The notes under the pieces: model-generated
What the model was told of the DNA's origin: nothing
The model's input: only the letters and a program-made list of their open reading frames with translations
Databases searched by the model: none
In this document: piece after piece, positions 1 to 8,757 of the stretch
Numbering within the stretch: the stretch's first letter is position 1
How the letters are laid out: each line of letters starts with the position of its first letter
Assembly (NCBI GenBank): GCA_965215015.1
Contig: OZ244042.1
Span: forward strand, 4,224,001-4,288,000
DNA: 64,000 bases
Direction: 5' to 3'
Origin: Candidatus Poribacteria bacterium
GTDB taxonomy: Bacteria; Poribacteria; WGA-4E; PCPOR2b
Position numbers and translations under genes: made by a program

Positions 1-305
1 CCCTCGAAAATACCGATCGAAACGGGCTCCGACAACTTGTTGATGATTTGAAAAATCGTATTGGAACTGGTGTTGTTGTACTCGCTTCGGCAACTGGTAA
101 CGATGTTGTCTTTGCTGCCGGTGTTACTTCGGATCTCGTAAAAACACGTGGCTTACAAGCTGGAAAGATTATTCAAGCCGTGACGCGCCTCGCTGATGGC
201 CGCGGCGGCGGGCGTCCTGAGCTTGCTCAAGGTGGCGGCAAAGATCCAAGCAAGATGAAAGAAGCAATTGATGCCGTCACGAAAATTGTGGCGGACCAGG
301 TTTAA
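1..305 (+). CDS. alaS: Alanine--tRNA ligase, C-terminal DHHA1 domain (5'-truncated by window edge)
   Basis: Frame is open from the window start. GRGGGRPELAQGGGKD is the typical AlaRS C-terminal motif. Confidence 0.9.
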   Translation, partial: LENTDRNGLRQLVDDLKNRIGTGVVVLASATGNDVVFAAGVTSDLVKTRGLQAGKIIQAVTRLADGRGGGRPELAQGGGKDPSKMKEAIDAVTKIVADQV

Positions 306-363
306 ATATTGACTGACCCTCCCCCTAAAATCGGGATGGACATAGCTCCATAAGGAATGAAAT

Positions 364-915
364 ATGGATAATCCGCTTTACTGGCAAATTCCTTTAGGTT
401 TATTGTTATTGGTAATCGCTATTTTTTTAGTATGGTTGGGATCTCGAATTGGAAAGACTCTCAAAGCCGTGGAAAACTTGCTAGATAAAAGTGTTCCGAG
501 TCTACTGACAGCAACTGAACAACTAGTAGGTGTACATAAAGATGTGAGCACTTTACTCACATCTATAGATGGAACCGTTACGGAATTGAATCAAAAACTT
601 CCTCAGTTGCTTGAGAATATCAATGGAATTACCGCTTCCATTCAGCAGATGAGTGAGTCGGAGATTCTACCAACGACACATAACATTCAAGAAATAACCG
701 AAACTGTAAACCAAAACATTGCGAAAATCGATGAATTAGTGAACACTGTCAGAGATTTTTCGCAAACAACAATCAAACATGCGGAATATTATCGAGATCA
801 ACTTTCCGTCCCTGTCAAAGATGTCATCAGTGCATGGAGTGCGCTTAAAGCAAGCTGGGAGGTATTCGGTCGCTCGCGGAAATCGCACACATCGGATGAA
901 AAACAAAATGAGTAG
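364..915 (+). CDS. DUF948/YtxG-like membrane-anchored coiled-coil protein
   Basis: N-terminal TM helix and long heptad-rich helix. It lies directly upstream of a YtxH-like gene, the usual ytxG-ytxH pairing. Confidence 0.65.
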   Translation: MDNPLYWQIPLGLLLLVIAIFLVWLGSRIGKTLKAVENLLDKSVPSLLTATEQLVGVHKDVSTLLTSIDGTVTELNQKLPQLLENINGITASIQQMSESEILPTTHNIQEITETVNQNIAKIDELVNTVRDFSQTTIKHAEYYRDQLSVPVKDVISAWSALKASWEVFGRSRKSHTSDEKQNE

Positions 916-1082
916 ATCGTTGTTGTGTAGCAGTTGCGCCGAGTTTGTTAGAGTACGGAAAATGATGGGTGATAGGTTATCACACTTCTTACACATTAGA
1001 TCCACTCACGCGTTGTCATTGGAAAAATTGTAAGGGCGTAAACGTACGCCCAAACTTAACTATAACTAAGGAGGTTACTCAA

Positions 1083-1463
1083 ATGGATAGCGAAAAACAA
1101 GGCAATGGGCTTGTTATACTTTTAGCATTTTTTATGGGAGGCTTAGTCGGTTCACTTCTCGGTTTACTCTTTGCTCCCATGGCTGGCAGAGAGACACGAG
1201 AAAAGATTCGTGATGCTTCTACGGATGTCAAGGACCGAACCATCAGCACTGCCCATCGAGCAAGGGATATGACAACCGAAAGGGTTACTGACTTGGTCGA
1301 CAAAGGGAAAGCACAAGTAGATGGAGCAACGGAGAGTGTGAAAGCCGCTGTCGAGGCTGGGAAAACCGCTTTTGTCGAAAAGAAGTCGGAACTGGCGAAT
1401 ATCCTTTCTCGTGATAAGGACGAGGAAGAAGCCGAAGCCAACCCCGAGAAAACGGTTAGTTAA
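1083..1463 (+). CDS. YtxH domain protein
   Basis: FFMGGLVGSLLGLLFAPMAGRETRE motif. RBS AAGGAGG precedes ATG 1083, so the ORF-track start at 969 is an overextension. Confidence 0.85.
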   Translation: MDSEKQGNGLVILLAFFMGGLVGSLLGLLFAPMAGRETREKIRDASTDVKDRTISTAHRARDMTTERVTDLVDKGKAQVDGATESVKAAVEAGKTAFVEKKSELANILSRDKDEEEAEANPEKTVS

Positions 1464-1518
1464 AATCCACACCTTGCACAACAGGAGGGACAGTACAGCT
1501 TGAGACCTGTCCCAACAC

Positions 1519-1559
1519 AGAAGCCACAGGTAGAAGTGCTAAATGTCTGTGGCTTCTTT
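1519..1559 (+). terminator. Putative intrinsic terminator after ytxH
   Basis: AGAAGCCACAG...CTGTGGCTTCT inverted repeat followed by a short T run. Confidence 0.45.
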
Positions 1560-1576
1560 ACTGGAGCGAATGTTCA

Positions 1577-2332
1577 ATGAATCTCGACAGATTACGCGTG
1601 CTCTTGGAGGGTGTTAAACGCGGTGAAGTTGATATTAATGAGGCAATACAATCTCTGCGTCATCTACCGTTTGAAGATTTGGGGTTTTCTAAAGTTGACC
1701 ACCATCGCCAACTACGCAAAGGTTTCCCAGAGGTTATCTTTTGTCAAGGGAAAACGGTTGATCAGGTAAAGGAGATTAGCAGACGCATACTCGCCGCCGG
1801 TCATCTCCTCCTCGCTACCCGTGCTACCCCAGAAATTTACGACGCGGTAGCTGCCCTTGACTCATCAGCCCGCTTTAATGAGCTGGGACGTACTATCACG
1901 ATTGGGGAATCGTCCGGTGAACTGCATGATGGCATCTTAGTTGTATCCGCTGGCACGTCCGACATTCCTGTGGCTGAGGAAGCAGTAGAAACCGCGCAAA
2001 TTATGGGCAACCGTGTAGAGCGGCTATATGATGTCGGCGTTGCTGGCTTGCATCGTCTACTCAATAATCATGAAAAACTAATCCAAGCCCGTGTGCTCGT
2101 CGTCGTGGCAGGCATGGAGGGGGCATTAGCAAGTGTTGTCGGGGGGCTGGTGGATAAGCCTGTCGTCGCCGTACCAACAAGTATTGGGTACGGAGCGAGC
2201 TTTGGCGGCGTTGCAGCCCTGTTGAGTATGCTAAATAGTTGTGCTTCGGGCGTGACCGCTGTTAACATCGACAACGGATTTGGAGGGGGCTATAGCGCGT
2301 CATTGATTAATCAACTCCACGTCTCTAAATAA
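1577..2332 (+). CDS. larB: Nickel-pincer cofactor biosynthesis protein LarB (AIR carboxylase family)
   Basis: Motifs DHHRQLRKGFPEVIF, AGTSD, DVGVAGLHRL, AGMEGAL, PTSIGYG, VNIDNGFG. Confidence 0.9.
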   Translation: MNLDRLRVLLEGVKRGEVDINEAIQSLRHLPFEDLGFSKVDHHRQLRKGFPEVIFCQGKTVDQVKEISRRILAAGHLLLATRATPEIYDAVAALDSSARFNELGRTITIGESSGELHDGILVVSAGTSDIPVAEEAVETAQIMGNRVERLYDVGVAGLHRLLNNHEKLIQARVLVVVAGMEGALASVVGGLVDKPVVAVPTSIGYGASFGGVAALLSMLNSCASGVTAVNIDNGFGGGYSASLINQLHVSK

Positions 2333-2523
2333 AAGATTCGTTAGATTATTTGTTGCATTATAACTATATTTCTAAAAATCTACATCACCACCGCCGCCCT
2401 AGCTGAAATCTAAAGCCAAATCTCTCACAAATCTTGATAGCACAATCAATGTTTTCACTGAAGGAAGGTGAATACCAAATAACCCAAATGATAACGATAC
2501 CCCCATTAAGTTAAAAAGGAAAA

Positions 2524-4182
2524 TTGATGACGATAAGAATTCATTATGAAAATGTATTAGCAGTGGTAGAGGCGTTTGCTGCACAAGCCTTGCGATTGCA
2601 GGTACTCGATCCATCAGAGCGCGATTATGGTGGATTCCGCTGCCCGGAGCACTGGATATGTGAACCACTAGCAGCAGCAAATACCCTTGCATCGCTGGCA
2701 GTTCTCTATATGACCCCAGATTCTCGATATTATCACAATTCAGAACTTTCTAATCGGCTGCACTTAGCGATGCGATTTCTCACCCATTCCCAGCGCGCAG
2801 ACGGTACAATCGATGGATACGCTCGAGGTGATATACGCGCAACTCCTACGATGGCGGAAACTGCACACGCGCTCTTTCTAGCGTACCGATGGCTTGCTCG
2901 TGAGAACGAACACCAAGCCTTACTTCAACGGATTGGGGATTTTCTCCGCAAAGGTATCGAAGCAATCAAGAACAAGCCTGTTTTTACTTCGCATGATTGC
3001 TGGGTTGCTGCAGCCGCACTCGTCGAATTTGATAAACAGTTTGCAGATAGTGCCGCCTTAGGGAGAGCCGAAAGTTATTTACAAGAAGGCATCAACATCA
3101 ACAGCGAAGGGATTTATGACCACCGAAGCCCCGTTTATAGTATGCTATCCAACGCAATGTTATTCAGCCTCGCCGAGAAGTTAAATCGGCCTGCCTTGTT
3201 GGAATATGTTCGACGCAGCCTCAATTTTCTGCTTTATACTTTCCACCCCAACGGTGAAACAGCAACCGAATTTTCGGATCACAAGGGTAGAGAGAATGGT
3301 CTACCCACAGGCTATAGTGTCTGGAAAAATATGTCGATTATCGATCATAATGGTTACTATGCAACAGCAGCCGATTTAACACTAGCCACCTACCTCCGCC
3401 GCATTGACAACGGGCTTATTCGTCCGAACCTTAACCATCCCAACCGGCACTTCAAACAGGAAGGTGTCTCCCGTTTCTCTATGACCGCCGATATTGGTGA
3501 ATTGCTGGCGATTGAATCTGAGCGGAATAACGACTCGATTACCCGACTCCCCCTACCGCGTCAATATGAAGAGAAGTACACACAGTCTAACATCGCCCGC
3601 ATTCAAAGAGTCCGGATAAGTCTAACAATTATCGGTGACAAGCAAACTCTGTTTACTCTCCGAAATGGGGAAGCGATTATTGATGGCTTTCGTATTAAAT
3701 ATATCTACCACGGTTTTCGCGATTATGAGCCGACAGGGTTGACAGTTGACGGAAGGCATTACCTCACCCAAAATCAAGTGATTCAATATGTGTACAAGCC
3801 AACATTAACAAGGCGGGAAGTTATTCCATTGAATCTTCGGATTTTCACAGAAATCAAACCGATTTCAGATGGCTTGGAGCTTCGTATCACAACAGAAGGC
3901 GAATCACGGATTCCACTTCAACTTGAATTTGGACTGCGGCAAGCGGGGAGTTTATATATCGGCGAGATGGCGCATGACTTGTCCGAGACCGATGTTATTT
4001 TCCTCGACAAGGAACCGGCACGGATTGTCAACGGGACCGATGAGATTGAAATCAATGGTGGTATCACCGCGCACAAAATCCATAGCTTTGACGATGACTG
4101 GACGATGAATCGGGAAACAGCGCGGTTGCTGATTACCCCCATAACCCCTTATGAGGGTGTGATTCGGTTGACATGTCGCTAG
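2524..4182 (+). CDS. Hypothetical protein, probable alpha/alpha-toroid plus beta-sandwich (heparinase/lyase-like fold)
   Basis: 552-aa ORF with a helical N-half (HSQRADGTID, EGININSEGIYDHRSPVYS, HPNGE) and a beta-rich C-half. Confidence 0.55.
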   Translation: MMTIRIHYENVLAVVEAFAAQALRLQVLDPSERDYGGFRCPEHWICEPLAAANTLASLAVLYMTPDSRYYHNSELSNRLHLAMRFLTHSQRADGTIDGYARGDIRATPTMAETAHALFLAYRWLARENEHQALLQRIGDFLRKGIEAIKNKPVFTSHDCWVAAAALVEFDKQFADSAALGRAESYLQEGININSEGIYDHRSPVYSMLSNAMLFSLAEKLNRPALLEYVRRSLNFLLYTFHPNGETATEFSDHKGRENGLPTGYSVWKNMSIIDHNGYYATAADLTLATYLRRIDNGLIRPNLNHPNRHFKQEGVSRFSMTADIGELLAIESERNNDSITRLPLPRQYEEKYTQSNIARIQRVRISLTIIGDKQTLFTLRNGEAIIDGFRIKYIYHGFRDYEPTGLTVDGRHYLTQNQVIQYVYKPTLTRREVIPLNLRIFTEIKPISDGLELRITTEGESRIPLQLEFGLRQAGSLYIGEMAHDLSETDVIFLDKEPARIVNGTDEIEINGGITAHKIHSFDDDWTMNRETARLLITPITPYEGVIRLTCR

Positions 4183-5423
4183 CGTAAAACAGGCAAAGAG
4201 GTCTGCTCACATTTTATCGTTTCTGTGTCGGTAATGCTCTCCTTATCTAATCGTTTGTCCTCCCCCCTCCCATGGACCATGTATTTTTCACATGCTTTGA
4301 TGACCTCATTGACCTGTATTGTATACATACAAGGCGAAGTTCCGTCAGAAAGTGCTGAGCAGCCATACTCAAAGCCGAGATTGAGGCAGGGGCTGCACGG
4401 CAGATTCACATGAAGAATTGTGTGCCCTTTCCCCCAGGGGCCCCACTGCGAGGGGTTTGTCGGGCCATGTAAGGCAACGACCGGCGTGCCAGCAGCAGCA
4501 GCGAGGTGCATAGGCCCACAGTTGCCGCAAATAACAAAATCAGCACTGGCAAACAGTGCAGCGAGTTGATTGATTTGGGTTTTGCCGGCTGCGACAGCGC
4601 AAGATGACTGGATTTGTGAAGCGATTTGCTGTGAGAGTTCAACTTCTGAAGGATCGCCCGTCAAGATAATTTGTGCGTGATAACGCTCGACAAGGGCATC
4701 GGCAACCGATACAAATCTATCGTGGGGCAGCCGTCGTCTCGGTTCACCACGCCTGCCCGCTTCTGGATGAATGGCAATAACCGGTCTGTTTGAATCGATA
4801 CCCATCTCAACCAGAAATCCCTTCGCCCAATCCTCGTCTTCCCTTTTCAGCCACACCTCCAAATCTGTTTCCCTAACCGGACACCCCAATAAACTCGCAA
4901 TCTTCAAAAAATTGACCACCTCGTGCTGTCCCGGTACATGCTCGACGACATCAGTAAAAAGGTAGTGTCGATGTTGCCCGCCTGACCGAAATCCGATTCT
5001 TCTTGATGCACCGCTCCCGTAAGTAATTAACGCACTGAACCTGGCCCAATGTTCAAAGTCGATTACCCAATCGAATTTTTGATGGCGCAACGCCATGATA
5101 AACGCGATCAGCTTCCACGGTGATTTCATTAGTTCCTCTAAACGGCACGGAATATGTCGATCAATATAAGGGCAGCCTTCCAGATATTGTAGATTGATAG
5201 ACGACGCGACCATCACCAAGTGTGCATTCGGAAAGTGCCCTCGAATCGCTCGGACTGTTGGAATTGTCAGGATGGTATCACCGATTGCAGACAGCTGGAT
5301 AAGCAAAATGCGCTGCGGATCTCGATAGCCGACTGTCGAACGAAATTGAAATCCACCGAGCAGTAAGCAGAGGAGGCTACCGATATAGCGATCTATAATC
5401 TTTTGTAGCCTATTTGGGTGCAT
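4179..5423 (-). CDS. Glycosyltransferase family 9 (LPS heptosyltransferase-like)
   Basis: LSAIGDTILTIP, GPMHLAAAAGTPVVALHGPT and PCSPC motifs. Confidence 0.9.
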   Translation of the reverse strand: MHPNRLQKIIDRYIGSLLCLLLGGFQFRSTVGYRDPQRILLIQLSAIGDTILTIPTVRAIRGHFPNAHLVMVASSINLQYLEGCPYIDRHIPCRLEELMKSPWKLIAFIMALRHQKFDWVIDFEHWARFSALITYGSGASRRIGFRSGGQHRHYLFTDVVEHVPGQHEVVNFLKIASLLGCPVRETDLEVWLKREDEDWAKGFLVEMGIDSNRPVIAIHPEAGRRGEPRRRLPHDRFVSVADALVERYHAQIILTGDPSEVELSQQIASQIQSSCAVAAGKTQINQLAALFASADFVICGNCGPMHLAAAAGTPVVALHGPTNPSQWGPWGKGHTILHVNLPCSPCLNLGFEYGCSALSDGTSPCMYTIQVNEVIKACEKYMVHGRGEDKRLDKESITDTETIKCEQTSLPVLR

Positions 5424-5809
5424 CGGTTTTCGCTCCGAGGGTTTGCACCAGTTAGGACATACAGGCTTGGGTTATCTAAACCGTTCTGGGCGTTGGAAAG
5501 ATTCTAAGCCTGCGGAAAACAGCGATTTCAGGGGATATACTCGCAAATACCTGTTGGCATATAATTCGCCTGCCTCTGGCATGAATCACTATTGTTCGTT
5601 GACCCAAGATACTGTGATTTGCCAATAGGCAAGATGAGCAAGTTGTCGAATTGATGTATCTGGTGAACAAGGCAATCGGTTATAAGACAGAACGTTCCTG
5701 ATAACCAAATGCTATACAAGATTATCTACCGTAGGCAATAACGATTGGTGTTCCCTACAACTTGCATTACAGTATATCATATCATAGTGTGATTACAACT
5801 TTGAAGCTG

Positions 5810-6718
5810 TCATTTTTTATATTTGAACCGTGCAATCGCGCTTTGCTTTGCTGACCCTGCATGTGCATAATGTGCTGGCATCTGAGGTGATTTCCATCGT
5901 CCCGCGACTTGCATATCCATAACAGACGCCCCGGCTTGGGCAAGCGAGACAGCAGAGCCGACACGAAGGGAATGTCCAGAGATAAAACCTTCTACACCCG
6001 CCTCGCGTGCCCTACGCTTGATAGCGTTTCTTGCACCCTCAACCGATAACCTGCTGCTGGTTATGTTGTCACCGCGCCGGATCCGCCGAAAAAGGGGACC
6101 ATTGGTGATTCGTCCGGCCTCACGGTACCGTCTTATCACCTCCTGCGTGGGAATCCCAACGTACAGCGTCGCAGCTGCCTCCTCTGGATCAGTCTTTGAT
6201 TGATGGATTGTCAACACGCTACCGACATCCGCTACATCTATTGCGACCGCTTCACTAATTCGTAACAGACAATCGCTCATCAACCGAATCAGTGCCGAAT
6301 CTCTTAATCCAGTGACGGTTTCCTTCGCTTCGGCAAGCGTACAGACCTGATCTACCTCCTCCCAGGTTATCCCATCTACCTGCCCTCGTCCTCGGTTTTT
6401 GCCTTCACGCCGAATGCCAGCTAGTGTCTGTTCCGTTATCGCGAAAGAGAAGTCGCTAACTTCCAGTCCGCGATTTTTTGTCACCCACTTGACCGAAGCG
6501 ACGATTTTATTGATTGTCGCCGGCGATTTTCCACCTTGATATAGCTCCGTGATGTAATTTGCGAGTAGGTTATCGCTCGGGGAGCACCCCTCCAACCAAA
6601 TCTCGAATTGTTGGGTTGCCTGTTGATACGCCTTGACGGTGTTCGGTGCGATGCTAGCTTTGACTAACTCCTCCGTGGCGTCGCTGATAGCGGCAGAGTT
6701 CCGATTTGATTCATTCAT
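5810..6718 (-). CDS. Cre-like tyrosine recombinase/integrase
   Basis: Catalytic set LRISE(R), SKTD(K), GHSLRVG(HxxR), GRW, HY(Y). RBS GGAGG precedes ATG 6718. Confidence 0.85.
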   Translation of the reverse strand: MNESNRNSAAISDATEELVKASIAPNTVKAYQQATQQFEIWLEGCSPSDNLLANYITELYQGGKSPATINKIVASVKWVTKNRGLEVSDFSFAITEQTLAGIRREGKNRGRGQVDGITWEEVDQVCTLAEAKETVTGLRDSALIRLMSDCLLRISEAVAIDVADVGSVLTIHQSKTDPEEAAATLYVGIPTQEVIRRYREAGRITNGPLFRRIRRGDNITSSRLSVEGARNAIKRRAREAGVEGFISGHSLRVGSAVSLAQAGASVMDMQVAGRWKSPQMPAHYAHAGSAKQSAIARFKYKK

Positions 6719-6939
6719 GATTATTCCTCCATGACTAGATTCTGTTGACATTTGATAAATTGAACCCATCAATCCTGATGCACGTGAGACGATTTCAGAC
6801 TCATGATACTCGGCCCCGGTTGGGCGAGGCAACCTAACCTACTTGATATGTAAGCAAATAGATAATTCCATAAAATTACTATTCTACAATTGCAATTCCC
6901 CTAACTAGAAGAAGGCAGGACATTCCTGAATCCCAAGTG

Positions 6940-8004
6940 CTACAGGTCATTGACTGCAGCTGAATCAAGCCGCGGAATGAGGCGCAGCAGCAGATCTAAC
7001 GCCGCTCGGTAGTCGTCGATATTGATGATGGACACATGACTGTGGACATAACGGGCGGGGACTCCTAACACGATTGATGGTACGCCACGCCCGACCTGGT
7101 GGATCGCCCCGGCGTCCGTCCCACCGGAAGTCCGCACAGCAATCTGATGTGGAATTTGGTGCGCGGTTGCAGTTTCAATCGTAAGTTCTGCCAAACGTGG
7201 ATTGGCAATCATTGAGGGATCATACAACCGAATCTGCACGCCGCCTCCTAACTTTCCCTGCAAGGTATCGCTGCTAGCCCCCGGCAAATCGTCTGCGGGC
7301 GGGCCCTCCAGCACAATCGCCATATCCGGCTCCACTGCAGCGGCTACTGTTCGTGCGCCGCGCAGCCCGACCTCCTCCTGCACACTCCCGGTGCCGATAA
7401 CCGTGTTCGGGTGCTCACCGAGTTGCTCGAGGGTTTCAATAACTAAACCCACACCAACGCGATTATCAAATGCCTTTGCAGAAAACAGCTTGGGGTTTCT
7501 CATCGGTATGAACGGGCCATAAGGAACAATTGGGCAACCGGGTTTCACCCCATACTCCTCCATTGCCTGTTCAGCACTTTCCGCCCCGATATCAATGTAC
7601 AGATCTTTAATATCTATCACCTGATCACGCGCCCCGGCACTTAGGAGATGGGGCGGCGTAGATCCAATCACGCCAGAAACCTTACCCTGTTTCGTCAAAA
7701 TATTGACCCGTTGTGCAAGCAGCGTATGCGCCCACCATCCACCGACCGTGAGAAATTTGATATATCCCGCTCCTGTCACGCTCTGAACGATAAACCCGAC
7801 TTCATCCATGTGCGAATCAAGCAGGATACGCGGTTGTTCAGTCTTTCCGCTCTTTATGCAAAAAATACTTCCCAACCGATCCCTTTGGATAACCCCAATC
7901 CCTTCCAGGCGCGAATGGAAGATTTGTCTGACCTCTTCCTCATGTCCAGGGATGGCATCCGCCTGAGTGAGTTCTGTAAGCAGTTCAACCGATATTTGGC
8001 TCAT
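6940..8004 (-). CDS. M42 family metallopeptidase (TET aminopeptidase)
   Basis: HMDEVG, KAFDNRVG, QEEVGLRGA, GGTDAG and RYVHS motifs. Confidence 0.9.
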   Translation of the reverse strand: MSQISVELLTELTQADAIPGHEEEVRQIFHSRLEGIGVIQRDRLGSIFCIKSGKTEQPRILLDSHMDEVGFIVQSVTGAGYIKFLTVGGWWAHTLLAQRVNILTKQGKVSGVIGSTPPHLLSAGARDQVIDIKDLYIDIGAESAEQAMEEYGVKPGCPIVPYGPFIPMRNPKLFSAKAFDNRVGVGLVIETLEQLGEHPNTVIGTGSVQEEVGLRGARTVAAAVEPDMAIVLEGPPADDLPGASSDTLQGKLGGGVQIRLYDPSMIANPRLAELTIETATAHQIPHQIAVRTSGGTDAGAIHQVGRGVPSIVLGVPARYVHSHVSIINIDDYRAALDLLLRLIPRLDSAAVNDL

Positions 8005-8353
8005 CGTTTCCCTTTCTGATTGAAATTAAAAACCTCAAAGTGCCAAAATACGCCCACACCTCTTCCGCTTTGCCCTCGATAATGACTTTCCGCTTCTCCC
8101 GCTGATATACAGGCGTTTCAACGTGACAACCCTCGTACCTATCCAAAATAGCAAAATCTTGAACTGTTAGTCCTCGCCAAACAACCCCTTCGACGCTCGA
8201 ATTTTCGGTGGGTATCATTACCAAATACCCCCATTTAGAGGTAATAGTTGTGCATTCAGGCATTATCACCATGCTTGGATCACCGAGGGAACGCCCAAGC
8301 AGCGATTGAATAAATTCCCTATCTTTCAAGGTGCCATATACAAAGAGGTTCAT
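7985..8353 (-). CDS. Gamma-glutamylcyclotransferase (AIG2-like) family protein
   Basis: LFVYGTL and LDRYEG motifs. Overlaps the start of the M42 gene. Confidence 0.85.
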   Translation of the reverse strand: MNLFVYGTLKDREFIQSLLGRSLGDPSMVIMPECTTITSKWGYLVMIPTENSSVEGVVWRGLTVQDFAILDRYEGCHVETPVYQREKRKVIIEGKAEEVWAYFGTLRFLISIRKGNDEPNIG

Positions 8354-8430
8354 AGTACAGAGTAAAACGTGGCGACTCATGTTAAGAAATTGTACAACAG
8401 ATACCGATGACCGGATTCCCCTTCCTTCCT

Positions 8431-8688
8431 ATCCACGAATCCACGCGAATCTGCACAAATTCATTTTAGATTTGTGCAGTTGAATTCCACAGCGCGATGC
8501 CAAACCTTTGGGTAGATGGGGCTTCACCCTTGGGGATGGAATCCATTGAGGAGTGTGTATTATTTGAGAGCCAGCAAGTCGTAGTGTAGGTTTCCTAATC
8601 TGCAATCGTGCCTCAATGCAAAATCGGAGAAGGTTGGGCATCAAGTGTATAATTTCTATCATTAATAAATTCGCGTGGATTGGCGGAA
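8431..8688. repeat. Inverted-repeat-bounded intergenic element
   Basis: ATCCACGAATCCACGCGAAT (8431-8450) and ATTCGCGTGGATTGGCGGAA (8669-8688) form a near-perfect 20-bp inverted pair. Confidence 0.5.
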
Positions 8689-8757
8689 ACTTACAACTTA
8701 TAATCGTGATTTGCACTTTCCTTACACAAGCCAATGTGACACACCAGAGCCTCCTGA

